Source of the DNA: the human T2T-CHM13v2.0 reference genome, Homo sapiens
Direction: 5' to 3' (one strand)
Assembly: GCF_009914755.1 (NCBI RefSeq)
Contig: NC_060926.1
Length of the DNA stretch: 64,000 nucleotides
Positions 1 through 14,126 of the stretch are shown here, in pieces. The notes under the pieces are model-generated. The model ran no database searches and was not told the origin of the DNA. It saw nothing but the letters and a program-made list of their open reading frames with translations. The stretch's first letter is position 1; each line of letters opens with the position of its first letter. The position numbers and the translations under genes are program-made.

Positions 1-33
1 AAAAAAAAGAAAGAAAGAAAGAAAGAAAAAAGA
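1..33 (+). repeat. A/(GAAA)n tract, probably the tail of an Alu upstream of the window
   Basis: aaaaaaaagaaagaaagaaag... Confidence 0.6.
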
Positions 34-735
34 AACACTGGTACTCAAGAAACACGGGCTCTTATCTTCATAAAATAATGTGGGCTGTTAGCCAGCAGGT
101 CAGGTACATGACCATATTTCTAACTCCTTCAGGTATTCTAAAAAATTTAAATAAAGGATGAGTGGCCCTGGTAAACTCTCTTCTCTGGTCCTCTGATAAA
201 ATTTTTATCAGTCCTCAAATCCACAACCCACTCACGCTTCTTTCCTTTCAGCTGATAACCTATTTTCACTGTGAAGTAAGAGAAAAGGTTATCAGATATG
301 CAAGTTCATCTACCCCAATTCAGGGGAAAGATGTTCCTAGTCCTGTCTATGAATAACCCTGCCCAACCAGGGTCTGGATTTCACCCATTCATTCCTCCTC
401 CAGGAAAAGATGTGTGCTTTTATTTCTCTTTTCCCCCTCTCTTCAGCACTTTGTCTCCATCACAGCTCTGCTATGACTCTTTCCTTAGCACATGATATGT
501 CAAGCCTGTCTGACTCTAGATACTGTCTCCCTTCCTTCATAGTCAAGGTTCTGCCAAAAGCAGTCAATATTTGCTGTCGCTATTTCCTCACTTTCTAATT
601 TCTCCTCAATTAACTACAATCTGGCATTTTGTTCCCATTAATCTACTAAAATTAAGTCTAAGTGTCAAATTCTTAGTCACTTTTTACAGTCCCTATCTTA
701 AATGACTTCTATGACATTTAATTCCACTTACTATC

Positions 736-1082
736 ACTTTTGGGTCTCAGGATCCCTCTGTAACTTTTAAAAAATTGTTAAGGACCCCAAAGAGCTTTTA
801 TTTACATGTGTGTAACTATCGATATTTACTATTTTAGGATTTTAAACAAAAACATTATAACAATAGAATATACAAGTGTAAAAGAATACAAATGAATAAA
901 TCAGAGTGATGATATCACGTTATACAGCTTCTGGAAATTTTCATTGTGAATTCATGAGCTAATGAAAGTTAAAAAGTCAAATAATGTGTTGGCGCTTTTA
1001 TAAAAAACACTTGACTTTGTGGACTCCTTGGAAGAATCGCAGGGGACCCCTAGAAATCCTCAAACCATACTCTGAGATCTGC
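736..1082. mobile_element. hAT-Charlie non-autonomous element (Charlie4a-like)
   Basis: ggtctcaggatccct...aggaccccaaagagctttt...atcgatatttac resembles recalled Charlie consensus; decayed end ccatactctgaga. Confidence 0.6.
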
Positions 1083-1346
1083 TTATCTACAACCAAGCCT
1101 TTTTAATTAACACCTATGCCAAAGACCCCTAGGTCTTCTTATCTAGCCTGACCTCTTTCCTGAATTCCAGATATCTTCTACTGTGCCATCTACACTTGTT
1201 ATCTTCCTTCTGTGATGCCCATCTCAATCAAAGGCACTCTAGCTAGATCCCTTTGAATCATCTTAGGCTCCTCCCTTTCCTTCTTTATGCTAATTCCAAG
1301 TCATCAAACCCTACTGATTCTACTTTTTAAAAATCTAATGAAATCT

Positions 1347-1777
<431 letters not shown>

Positions 1778-2439
1778 TTAGAGAATCTGAAAAAGGCAGA
1801 GCCCAAACAGCAAACTTGAAAATACTAGTTAGAAGTCCTCTTATCTCAAGTTTTTCCTCCTAATATTAAACCTTGAAGGTTATAGAGTTTTATAAAGAAG
1901 GCTGTATTCCTTAATTAAGTGATCTTCCTAACTTGGGTTTCATGTCCCTCCAACGCAATCCTCTACATTCCATCTGTGGGAGCCTTTCACCTCTACTTTG
2001 TCTTTTGTTTCCCCTGTTTCAATGGCTCTCTACCTGAAGTCCAAATTCTTTACTATGAAATACAAGGGTCTTCAAACCTGACCCCTGCCTACCTTTCACC
2101 ATTCCTGCATATAGTCCCTCTACCAGAAGTTTGAAAACCAGTGGAATCACTGAAGCAGCTGGGTATTTTTTAAAGCTTTTCCGGAGATCTAAAGAGCAGT
2201 AGTGGCTGAGAATCACTGTCCTCTCTTAAACCAAACGACTTGTCATACTCCCACATAAAAGCAAACACATATCCTAGTCCCTCTGTATACCTTCTTTTCA
2301 TACTTCGCTCTGTCTTATGGGATGAATTCACAGCCTCTCTTAAAAACTCGACTATCATCTCTTCTTTGAAGGAAGACCTCTTTGCTTCCTTTCCCCTACA
2401 GGCAAATGGAATTGGTGGTTTCTTGCGCTTTGCTTCCAT

Positions 2440-2622
2440 AGCATCTTGTGCTTCTATCTGTTACAGCACAGCCTACACTGTCATGAGGCAGACTGTCTAA
2501 ATGTTTGTTCTACTAAACACTGATTTCATTTGAAGGCAGGGATTGTATCCTATTCATCTTTATATTCTCTGTGATTGGGCAGAGACTAAAAGTTAATAGA
2601 TATGCAATAAATGTTTACTGAA
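2440..2622 (+). mobile_element. L2 3' end fragment
   Basis: gaaggcagggattgtatcctattcatcttt...caataaatgtttactgaa. Confidence 0.6.
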
Positions 2623-3137
2623 AATATCCTGAATTTTTTGGAGCCTGCTGAATGGACCAGGAGTGATGTAAAATAAAACAAAATCAAAACAATACCTTCT
2701 TACCTACCATCTTCTTTTATTTACGAGAGGAAAAACTTTTTCATTCTATTTAATTCCACATTTAGAAAAAAAGATTCATATATAAAATAAACCGCATACA
2801 AACTGAAATAAAAATTTCACTTGAAGTAGATTAATCAACTTAACAATGACAATTGGATGCTTTCCAGTTTTAATGGTAAGGGTAGAAGAAAACAAGAGGA
2901 TTCTGGATGTCTGAAAAAGAGTACTGGGTAGGAGAAAACGAAGTACAGAAAAGGGATTGTGGTGAGTTAAAACCATCACAAATCCTAAGAGGGATTCAAC
3001 AGAAAATGTCCAACTGGTGAACTACAATAGGGTATGCATATTAATTATATTAAAATATGGATATAAATTTCAGGAATCCAGGGTGGGGTAAGGGTGGTAG
3101 GAGAAAGCAATTTTTTTTTAAAAAAAAGTAATAAACT

Positions 3138-3301
3138 GTCTGGGCACGGTGGCTTACGCCTATAATCCCAGCTATTCAGGAGGTTGAGGCAGGAAAATTG
3201 CTTGAACCTGGGAGGCGGAGTTTGCAGTGAGACGAGATCGCACCACTACACTCCAGCCCGGGCAAAAGAGTGAGACTCCATCTCAAAAAAAAAAAAAAAA
3301 A
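3138..3301 (+). mobile_element. Alu monomer-length chimera (left-arm start fused to right arm)
   Basis: gggcacggtggcttacgcctataatcccagc runs straight into right-arm sequence; TSD aaaaaaagtaataaac. Confidence 0.9.
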
Positions 3302-3637
3302 GTAATAAACCTTCCAGTACTATTTGCTCCCAAAACCAAAAACTACTATTTTAACAACTGTAGTAAATTGGAGAATGGATTACCAAAAGAATAGTGACAT
3401 CAGAAGACAATGAAATACTTCATAAACTTTACTACTAGGAGTACTAGGAAAAACAAAAGTACTTCTATCCTGCAACTGTTTCTTCTCATGTTTACTTAAT
3501 GATCTATAAATATCTGTATTTTGATATATATAAAATTTCACCCCAAAGGAATTCATTAATTAAGGTATCAACTATACAGATAAAACCTGGGAATCATTTT
3601 CCAGATAAGCAACTCCTTAAATGGAAAGATACACTAA

Positions 3638-3664
3638 AATAATAATAATAATAATAATAATAAT
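3638..3664 (+). repeat. (AAT)n microsatellite
   Basis: about 9 AAT units. Confidence 0.9.
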
Positions 3665-3797
3665 GGTAATAGTAATTATTTCTTTGAATCTTAAGGACAA
3701 TGTATAATCTGTAGTCATTTCTGTGCCACTAGACTTAACCATTAATTTGTAAAACTCCAAGACAGAGAATGCAGAACAGCAAAAGTCAAAAGATTTT

Positions 3798-4096
3798 TCT
3801 TTTTTTTTTTTTCTTAAGACAGGGTCTCACTCTGTTGCCCAGGCTGGAGTGCAGTGGCACAATCATGGCTCATTGCAGCTTCGACTTCCTTGGCTCAAGT
3901 TACTGTCCCACCTCAGCCTCTCGAGTAGATGGGACTACAGCCACGTGGCACCATACCCAGCTAATTTTTTGTGTTTCTTGTAGAAATGGGGCTTTGCCAT
4001 GTTGCCCAGGCTGGTCTCGAACTCCTGGTCTCAAGCAATCCTGCCTAGGCCTCCCAACATGCTGGGATTACAAGCGTGAGCCCCCGTACATGGCCC
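3798..4096 (-). mobile_element. Alu (J-type)
   Basis: Antisense Alu with T tract; TSD caaaagatttttc-like. Confidence 0.95.
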
Positions 4097-4729
4097 AAAA
4101 GATTTTTCAAGATTTTCTACTGCTGCCCCAAATGTCAAAACTTCAATACAGATAAAGCTAAGTATATCCAATGATTAACCAAATTGTGTTTCATTTCAAA
4201 TGCCAGTATGGTCTTTTAAGAAACAAAAACATGTTTTAACTAAAAATATAGCCAAAAGTGATCCTTGGAATCTTTAAAGGGAAGCTGAATTCTCTTATAG
4301 ACTAATTCCTCTGAAAAAATCCAAATATTAAATCTATAACTTATATTTGGAATATGGGTACCTATAAAGAATGTATAACTGTGATAAGTGATCTAACTTT
4401 CACCATGTTTTGCTTTTTTAAAAAATCTATCAAAAATATCATATTTAGTGAACAGAAAAGAGAAATATCTAACATTATTTTATTGCTCTTCATAACACAA
4501 ATGTCTATGAAACAGGAGGCAGGTGAAATTACTAAATATTCCCAACTCTGGGAAAATATCAAGAAATGTTCCAAAGTCCAGGAAATATAAAGTGAGAACA
4601 TTCTTGATACACTTTTTAAAAAACTTTGACTAGAGCTAAACCTACAATTTTCAAAGGCTTAGTATAAGTATGTTAATTTTTTAAAAACTAAACTGATAAT
4701 CTGATGCTACAGGGGCTACTAACGCTTAC

Positions 4730-4798
4730 CTCAAGGGAACCTACTGCAGATAAAGTCCCGTCACTTGCACAGTCCTTTCAGCTGCCTGCCAGTTGTTT
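4730..4798 (-). other. TLK1: Candidate 69-nt cassette exon of TLK1 with in-frame stop
   Basis: ctcactcatcaggctttcccttccacag|AAACAACTGGCAGGCAGCTGA...CTTGAG|gtaagc: branch-point-like motifs, pyrimidine tract, CAG acceptor, near-consensus donor, in unique sequence. Confidence 0.6.
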
Positions 4799-5119
4799 CT
4801 GTGGAAGGGAAAGCCTGATGAGTGAGAGCCCTATGCCATACTCCTTTGTAGTGTCAGGGTTGCCTGCACAGAACTGCACGAAACTGTCTACCTAGAGATT
4901 TCTAGATGCTTTCAATAACACAGAGCTAAAAAGATGCCACCTTTGAAGTTCCCTTTCCTCTGAACAGTGAAACAAAATGCCTAAGAGTTTCTGAGTGCTA
5001 ATGAACTACTGGTATTATCAAGTTGATAGGTCTATACTAACCAAGTAGAAAAAAGTCTATACTAATCAAGTAGAAAAAAGACAAAAATGGATCAAGTAGA
5101 AATAAGACTGACGGGAAAA

Positions 5120-5121
<2 letters not shown>

Positions 5122-5153
<32 letters not shown>
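5122..5153 (+). repeat. (CA)n microsatellite
   Basis: about 15-16 CA units. Confidence 0.95.
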
Positions 5154-5875
5154 GTGACAGACCTGTTATCATCCAAGGAGAGAAAAGGCTATACCCACAA
5201 GAGTCAAGCTGTAACATCAACAAATGAATGCTAAAACTCACGGAACTTCCTGTCTACCCATTTTTAAAAGATGTCATCAAGTATATCATGCTCAGGGTAA
5301 ATTATACCATGGATCCAAATGCCTGCTTGTAAAATCCCAGATATTTTCTTGGTGGGATCAGTAAGTGGGTAAAAGGGGGAGGGATTAAGAGGGGAGGGAA
5401 TTCTTCAGATTTTTTAAAATACGAAAAATGAAAACCAGCAGCATGATTCCATAAGAAATTCTAAAAAGAGGGAAAAAATGTGTATCTCAGAAAGTACACA
5501 AACTCTTACTAAGGATCAAACTAAAAGGAAAGAATAAAGAGAAATAATAGAAAACTGGGAAACCCAACATACTTAAGAACCTCCTTCCTCTCACAGAACT
5601 ATGAATGGCTAATAACTGTCTCCAGTAAGAATATATACATATCATTCATTTACAAGTTCAGCTACATAACCAAAGAAATTATATTTTCTTTCTAATGCCA
5701 AATGCAGTCTTCAATCTGAATGTTGTGCTTCATAAGGCAGAACAAAACATTCCTATAAGAAACTTTAAAAGCATTAACCTTTAGCAAAAGAACTGATGAA
5801 GAAACAAAATACTAATTAAAACGGTGATTCCAGCTTTTACTTTAATAGCACCATATTTAAAATGAAATTACTTAC

Positions 5876-5947
5876 CTCTGATTCTTTGTCACTTAAAGAT
5901 CCCAAGCTTCCAAAACTGTGATTAGAGCTTTCGTTATTTGTTGAGGC
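5876..5947 (-). CDS. TLK1: TLK1 next coding exon (72 nt; probably exon 3)
   Basis: Reverse strand: ctttaacag|GCC TCA ACA ... TCA GAG|gtaagt; translates ASTNNESSNHSFGSLGSLSDKESE, continuing the previous exon in phase 0. Confidence 0.97.
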
Positions 5948-8186
5948 CTGTTAAAGATTTTTTAAAAGGTAAAAATTAGGAGTAATTTTTTTAAAGCAGC
6001 GGGAATAATTTTAAACAAACATATTACAAAGTAGATAATCTATCTTCATAAATAAATAAAGTATAATTCCTTAAAACAAGGAAGCCAAATGAGGTAAAAA
6101 TAAGAAATACTAAATTCTTAACACTATATACTTTGAAAAGTTTTATCAAGTCAATAAAGTTCTGCTGTGTTTTAGGAACTGACTTCTATTAGCTGGTTTT
6201 TTAAATCCCAGTTCAAAAGCAAAGGAACTGGGCCATTGTTAGGATGACAAGATCCCTAAAATTATTACTCAATGTATTAAAAACTAATGCTACCTTTGGC
6301 TGAAAGTATTATTTGGGCTCTTCAGGTCCCTTCACAATTATCAAATTCCATCATGTCTGAAACACACCTCTTTGCCTTTCTCTGTATTAACAAACTGTCC
6401 TGTTTTTCTTTTTTTTAAAATTTGTTTTAACTCTATCTCTTCAAAAACATCTTTGACCATCTTGACCATTTTAATTAATTGCTTTGCTCAAGAATTTCTC
6501 CATTTCCTTGACAATATTTTTGAACTGTAACAAAGAAAGAGCTAACATTCTGTAGGATGATGTCTGCTTTGTTTCCAATACGCTTCTATGATACTTATTA
6601 TCTTGTGCACTTTTTTGTACCATCAGTACATCAGATCATAGTCTTCCAGAAATGCTTAGACCAGGTGGCTGACAGATTATGGCATATATGTCAAAGATGA
6701 TGCAAGAATTAACATTACATACAGGCAAGCCAATTGATATCCTCATGTTTCACCTCACTTGTAACAGGAGTGGCTGCTAATCCTACTATTAACAGGTTGC
6801 CAGTTAGACTATAATTATATAATTGAAATTAGATTAATTTCCAAAGTGACAACTCTGAGCCATTGCATACATGCCCAGTACTATGCTGGATACTGTAAAA
6901 GCTGCTGTCAACAAAGGATAGCGCTTGAACTAATTACAATTCAAGTAGTACTTGGAATAAGTTATAATCTAATTATGGCAAGATTATCAAATTTGAAACA
7001 GCAGCAATTAAGAAGTAATACATTAGAAAGATTCTGGGACAATAAGGGCAGTGGCAAAGTGTTTGAGCATCTGTAAATACCCACCAAAAAAATGTATAAA
7101 ACTAAATAGTAAACCAAAAACCCACAGACTGTATTTACAACAAAACTAGGTGACAAGAATCTCCATGAATCCCCCTCAAAACATCAGATGGAAACAAGTC
7201 AACAACAACCATAGATAATGTATGGTATCATTATCAATATGGGAGGAAACAGAAAGAAACAGATGTCTGATAACCGAGAACAAAAGACACGTAAAACAGC
7301 CAACAAGTTAGGTACAGAAGCTAGGTTAACTTAAGTACAGAAGGGTTTTGCACTTTCAATTAGTGACTAAGTGGGAGGAGTCCACGGTTACATCTAAAAA
7401 GTGAGAGCAGTCTAGCCTCCACGAATCCTTGAAACGGATCTTTACATAACAGGGTGGTACAATGAGTACAAATTACTGGGTGTGGAATGAAAATTGAGTA
7501 CTATATAGGTACAATTACAATAATGGAAAGAGAATATTCAGATAAAGAAGGGAGGGAACGCAGCCTAGCAATCTCAGAAAGCAAATGCCACAGTTTTGAA
7601 GCATGCCTAAAAACAGCAGTAGAGAAAGCCCTGTAAGAAAAGCCATCCTGAACCACACCAACCATTTAAGTGTTCAGGAAATCCAATTTCACATGAAAGT
7701 AGGCAAAAGAAAATTATGCAGGTCATAAAGGTATAAGAAAAAATAAAGTAAGATACAGAATAACATCCAGATAATAAAAGCATACCAGGAACACACATCC
7801 ACAAAATAGGTAAAAATTGTAACCTACTATTTTAAAATGAACTAAGAGATATTACAAAAAGGACTCAAGACATGAAACAACTATATAAATCAGATTTCAA
7901 AAAACTCGGAAATAAGGTAACAGAACTCAAGAAAGCATTAAAAATAAAAGTTTCAGAAATAAAAAGTATATCTGAATGAACCCAAGAGCAAATATATACA
8001 GTAGATAATGCTTTAAGATAACCAGAAGGCAAAAAACAGGGACATTTTTGAAATCAAAAGAAATGAAGAGATGAAAAGTATTTGAGAGTAAGCTACAGCT
8101 GATGATGAAGCAACAAAGATCAATATACAGATAACAGAAGACCCTAAAAACTACTAAAGCCAGAAAATAGTAAAAACTGTAATTCA

Positions 8187-8506
<320 letters not shown>

Positions 8507-9438
8507 TGTCTCTGACATTTTCAGTTGTCAGTCTCTTGTTGTCAGTTGTTGTTTTTTAAATGTTCAATTAAAAAAATTGAAACTACTGACAGAGCACCAT
8601 GCACACCTAGGAATAACAACCCAGAAAGCGAACATCAAAGGCAAACACTTTATGCCAGACAAAAATGGAGTGACATAAGCTATTCAAGGAAAGAAAATAA
8701 AAGCAAAGTGTTTTATATTCAGTAAAATCCATTTTAAACACATGGAAAGCATAGATAAACGGTTACCAAAAATGCAAGCAATTAGGGAACCCTGCTCCCA
8801 TGAGCCCTTCCTAAAGAATCTACTACAGAACAAGCTTAAGACAACCAAAATGAATAGTTTACCAGTCTAAGAACTGAAGGCAAGCAATAATATGACTTAT
8901 TGTTGATCAAGATTAAATGATAATGACAAGGGAGAGGATATAATATTTAATGACTAAATGCATGCAAAGTTAATAGTACAGTATTTTTAAAACTAGGGGA
9001 TGGAAAGCATACACAAAATAATTGTTTTCAGTACCCACTTTGTTCACTGTGCTAATGTTATTTTGAGACAGCTATGTGTGTGAAATACAGAATAAAGTAA
9101 AATAATTAAGGGATATCCAATTCTATCCTCTGCTTCGTATCTTCGAATTTCATAATTCACAGTATAAAGATGCATATGAAAAAAACCTTATAATCCTGAG
9201 TTTGAATAGGAAATATCAATAAAAATTCATGAAATATTTTTATCTTTTAAAACAAACAATAAAAATATAAGTAGGTAGGTAGATGAATAAGATTCCACCA
9301 CCAGTAAAAACAGAATACCTTATTTTCTACAGATAACTATATATAAATCCTGGAAAAAAAGGATTTAAAAAAGCCACTACCTGAACCAAAAGTAGGCAGA
9401 ATCTAAGTACAAGACAACACTTAGAAGAAGGGAACAGA

Positions 9439-9766
9439 GGCTGGGTGCAGTGGCTCGCGCCTGTAATCCCAGCACTTTGGGAGGCCTAGACAGGCAGACT
9501 TCTTGAGGTCACAAGTTCAAAACCAGCCTGGCCAACATAGTGAAACCCCGTCTCTACTAAAAATACAAAAAACAGCCAGGCGTCATGGCGCATGCCTGTA
9601 ATCCCAGCTACTAGAGAGTCTGAGGCAGGAGAAATGCTTGAATCTGGGAGACAGAGGTTAAAGTGAGCAGAGATCGCACCACTATATGCCAGCCTGGGCA
9701 ACAGAGCAAGACTCCGTCTCAAAAAAAACAAACAAACAAAAAAAAAACAGAAAAAAAAAGAAGAGG
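9439..9766 (+). mobile_element. Alu (S-type)
   Basis: Full dimer, TSD agaagaagggaa(c/t)aga. Confidence 0.97.
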
Positions 9767-11123
9767 AGAAGAAGGGAATAGATCTGGGTAGGTTTCCTGT
9801 TTTTACAGCTTTTGCTGAGGGGAAGGTCCCGGAGATCAGAGCTGCACAAACAGCAGTTGAAACCCAGATCAAAATCTTTAGTCTTACTGGCTTGAAAAAC
9901 AAGAGTTTCAAGCTTCCAAAGAGGCTGCAAAGTAAGGAGGGATATGCTGGAAAATAAAGATCCACAAAGGGAGAGTCCCAAATTCTGCATATTAACTCTG
10001 CCTACTTCTTTGGCTGGTCAGTGATCTATGCAAAAACGGAGCAGACGATAAGCAGCCTAGATAAGACTAAAACAACTAGCAGGGATGTCAGTGCTGCCCT
10101 CTGCAGGGAGACATAGCTTAAATTTCAGTCTAGCCAAGTTAACTGCCTCCTAAAACAAAGAAAAACAAACAAAAAACAGTCTCCAAAGTCACTGTAATGT
10201 GTCATTCACAGCGTGGAGGATACAATAAAAATTTGTAATCATATGAAGAAACAAGAAAAAGTGACCCATACTCAAGAGGAAAGACAATCAATAGATACTA
10301 ATCATGAAGTAACACAGATTTGGAATCAGCAAATAAATAACATAAAGCAGCTAATATAAGTAGCTCAAACGACAAGATTGGAAATTTCAGCAGACAAATA
10401 AAAACCGTAAAAAGAGCTGAACGTAAATTCTACAACTGAAAATTTCACTCTCTAAAATAGAAAACTTACTGAATGGGCTTAACAGAAGAATGGAAAAAGA
10501 GTACTGAAGATAGGTCAAGAGAAATTACTCAAACTAAAGAACAGAGAAAAAAATATTGAAAAATAGTGTCTGTTGGACACCATGAAGCAGTCTAAGATAC
10601 ATGTAACTGGGGTCATAAAATGAGAAAAATATGCAGAAAAAAATATTTGAAAAAATGACAGCCAGAAAAATCCCAAAATTTGGCAAAGACATTAATTTAC
10701 AGATTGAAGTTCACTCAATCTCCCAAGCAGGATAACTACAAAGAAAACCACACCTACGCACATCATAGTCAAACTGCTGAAAAACCAAAGATAAAGAAAA
10801 CAATCTTGAAAGCAGCTGGAGAAAGTACACATGAGAACAAAAAAGGATAAAAGTAACAGTTGACTTGTCATCATAAATGCTGGAGGCCAACTTCACTCTG
10901 GAAATAGTGAGCTAGGAGAACTCTGTACTAAGATGCATAAGGCACAGCTGAGAAAACAGAGAAGGTTAAGTAGAAAGTCTACACTAAAGAGACCCTTAGG
11001 CCCTTTCTTGTTCTCAATTCTAAAAAGTTAGCAGCCAAGCTTTTACTCCACAGGTATGAGATGATAAAAATCTCTCTCTGGGAGATTCTATAAGTCCCTC
11101 AGAGAAATGACTTAACTAGATCA

Positions 11124-11442
<319 letters not shown>

Positions 11443-12042
11443 AAAACCCATCCATCAGTCAGTAAACCCTGCCCAGTTACACAGTTTCCAGTAAGTGTTT
11501 AAGTGCCTAATGCACAGATATGAACAAAGTCCAATATCACTCAAAAAATTCTTCCAGAACTGGAAAGCATGTTTCTGGATTGGAAAGACACATTTTTAAA
11601 AAATCAAGCACAATGGCTTAAAGAAAACCAAACCAAGATACATCAGAATAAATAATTTCAAATTCTAGAGACAAACACAAGCTCCTAAATAAAAGCTTCG
11701 AGGGAAGAACAAATAGAGTATTTACAAAGAATCAGGAATCAGAATGGCATTGGAGTGTGCAACAGTAACACTGGAAGCTAGAAGACAATGGAACAATGCC
11801 TTCAAAATTCTGAGAAAATGATTTCCAACCTAGAATTCTACCCGTCAGATACACTAAAAACAAAGTGGGAGGAGGAAAATATGCAAGGTCTCAAAAATTT
11901 CACTACCCATATATCTTTCCTCAAGAAGCAACCAGAGAATCTGCTCCACCAAAAACAAAGAAATAAAGCAAGAAAGAGAAGATATGGGATACATGAAATA
12001 GCTCAAACACAGGACAGACACAAAAGTCTCCCTGATCCTATG

Positions 12043-12256
12043 ATGATCTTGGCTCACTGCAAACTCCACTTTCCGGGCTCAAGTGATTCTGCCTCAGCCT
12101 TCTGAGTAGCTGGGATTACAGACATGTGCCACCATGCCCGGCTACTTTTTGTATTTTTGGTAGAGACAAGGTTTCACCACGTTGGCCAGGCTGATCTCGA
12201 ACTCCTGGCCTCCCAAAGTGCTGGGATTACAGGAGTGAGACACCACATTTGGCCTG
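12043..12256 (-). mobile_element. Alu lacking 3' end and tail, with internal deletion
   Basis: Antisense Alu begins abruptly at tgatcttggctcactgc; no poly-T. Confidence 0.9.
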
Positions 12257-12259
12257 GCT

Positions 12260-13520
12260 TTGAAATTATGAACATGAATTGTGTGTCTTTTCCTTCTTGA
12301 TTTGTAGGAATTCTTTCCATATTCAGGACATGAATCTATGGTTTGCCTTTTCACACCTTACTGTGTCATTTCAACGTAGTTACATTTATCAAATGTTTTT
12401 CTTCTTGGCTACTGCCTTTTGGAACCTATTTATGAAATCTCTGCCAATCTAAGGTAATGAAGACAGTCTATTCATTTTATTAAAGTTTTATTGCTTTACC
12501 TTTCCCATTTAAATCTACAATTTACTTGAAATTGATTTTTCTATCATGATAAGAGTTCAAAGTGAAGAGTTATTTATTTTCCCTTATAGATATCCAATTG
12601 ATACAGCACATCTATTTTAACGATCAACTCTTTCCCACTGCACTGCAATATCACCTTTGTCATAGATCAAGTTACTATTTACAGATGGGTCTACTGCTGG
12701 ACTTTATTCTCTTTCATTGGTCTATTTTTCTATCCATGTCAATATCAGACTGACTTAATAACTAACTTTCTCTTTATTTTTTAGGAGACCAGGTCTTGCT
12801 CTGTCACTCAGGCTGGAGTGCAGTGCAGTGGCATGATCATAGCTCACTGCACCCTCGAACTCCTGGGCTCACGTGATCCTCCCGTTCAACCTCTTAAGTA
12901 GCTGGGATTACGGGCACGAGCCACCGTGCCTGGTTTAATTTTATCAATAATACCACAAAATATTCTTGATATCTAGTAGTATAATTCTCCCAGCTCTGTT
13001 ATTGTCCTTTAAGGCTGCCTAGACCATTCTTGGTCTTTACATTTTTATATAATTTTGGAATCAGCTTGTTACTTTCCACCCTCCCCAAAATCCTGCTGGG
13101 ATTTTAATTGGTATTGCACTGAAGCTACAAATCGATTTAGTAAGAACTGATAGCTTTACAACATTGAGTCTTCCAATATTTGAATATTGCATCTCATTTA
13201 TTAAGGCCTTTTCTGATTTCACTGTTTTACAGTTTTCAGTGAAGATGTCTTGAGTATCTTTTGTAAGATTTATTTCAACTTATATTTTTATTATAAAGAT
13301 TTAATAACATATTTATATTAACAATTTTTAATACTGTATATGGTACCTTTCTAAAACTTCATTTTCTACTTTCTACTTATTTGTTGTTGATATGCAGAAA
13401 ATATAACTGGTTTTAATATATGATTTATAATCAATGACCTTAACTAATTTACTTATTAATTATTTTTAGATTCCTTGTGATTTTTCTCTAGGTCATAATC
13501 ATGTTATGGGGATAATCTTT
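12260..13520 (-). mobile_element. Old L1M ORF2 fragment (antisense) with nested Alu monomer at ~12770-12934
   Basis: T-rich ORF2 antisense motifs (tagatatccaattg, ttttggaatcagcttgt, acattgagtcttccaat). Confidence 0.8.
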
Positions 13521-13944
13521 ATTTCTTGATATGAGTGCTGCTTACATCACATCACTGTGTTCAGTTTGTGAACATTCATTGAGTGTACTTATGATTTGTG
13601 CATTATTCTAAATGTAGTGAGGAAGAGAACTACTTATCGCCTATGCTATTTATTTGAACGGTTTTTTGCTACAAAGTCATCAAATCCTTGGGATTTTCCT
13701 AGGTATTCACTTTCTAAAATCATGTATTTAAAAAGGTTAAATTTCAGTATTAATTCTTTGGAGACTAAAGCTGGTAATATTTCCCCATAGATAAGCACTC
13801 ATTTATTCTTAATGCTTTTTATACCAGAATTCATTCTCTATCAATAAAAATATCTTTCCTAGCTCCACTATAACTCCACTTTATAAGGCTTTTTATTGGT
13901 AATGTTGCCAAAAGTTTAGTAAAAAGAACAATATTTAAACTAGC

Positions 13945-14122
13945 AGACACAATAGTTTTTTACTAAGAAACTATTAAAATTAAATTGAAAATTAATTTCC
14001 TCAGTCGCACTAGCCATATTTTAAATCCTCAGTAGCCACATGTGGCCAGTGGCTACTATTAGGCCATACAGATACAAAAGATGGCCATCATATCAGAAAC
14101 TTCTATTGGACAGAGTTGCTAT
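13945..14122. mobile_element. MER3/MER33-like hAT fragment
   Basis: cctcagtcgcactagccatattt...gtagccacatgtggccagtggctac...ttctattggacag. Confidence 0.75.
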
Positions 14123-14126
14123 AAGA

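Noticed and set aside
4704-4895. 63-aa plus-strand ORF over the unique region
   Set aside because: Antisense to the candidate exon; no promoter, splice or homology support
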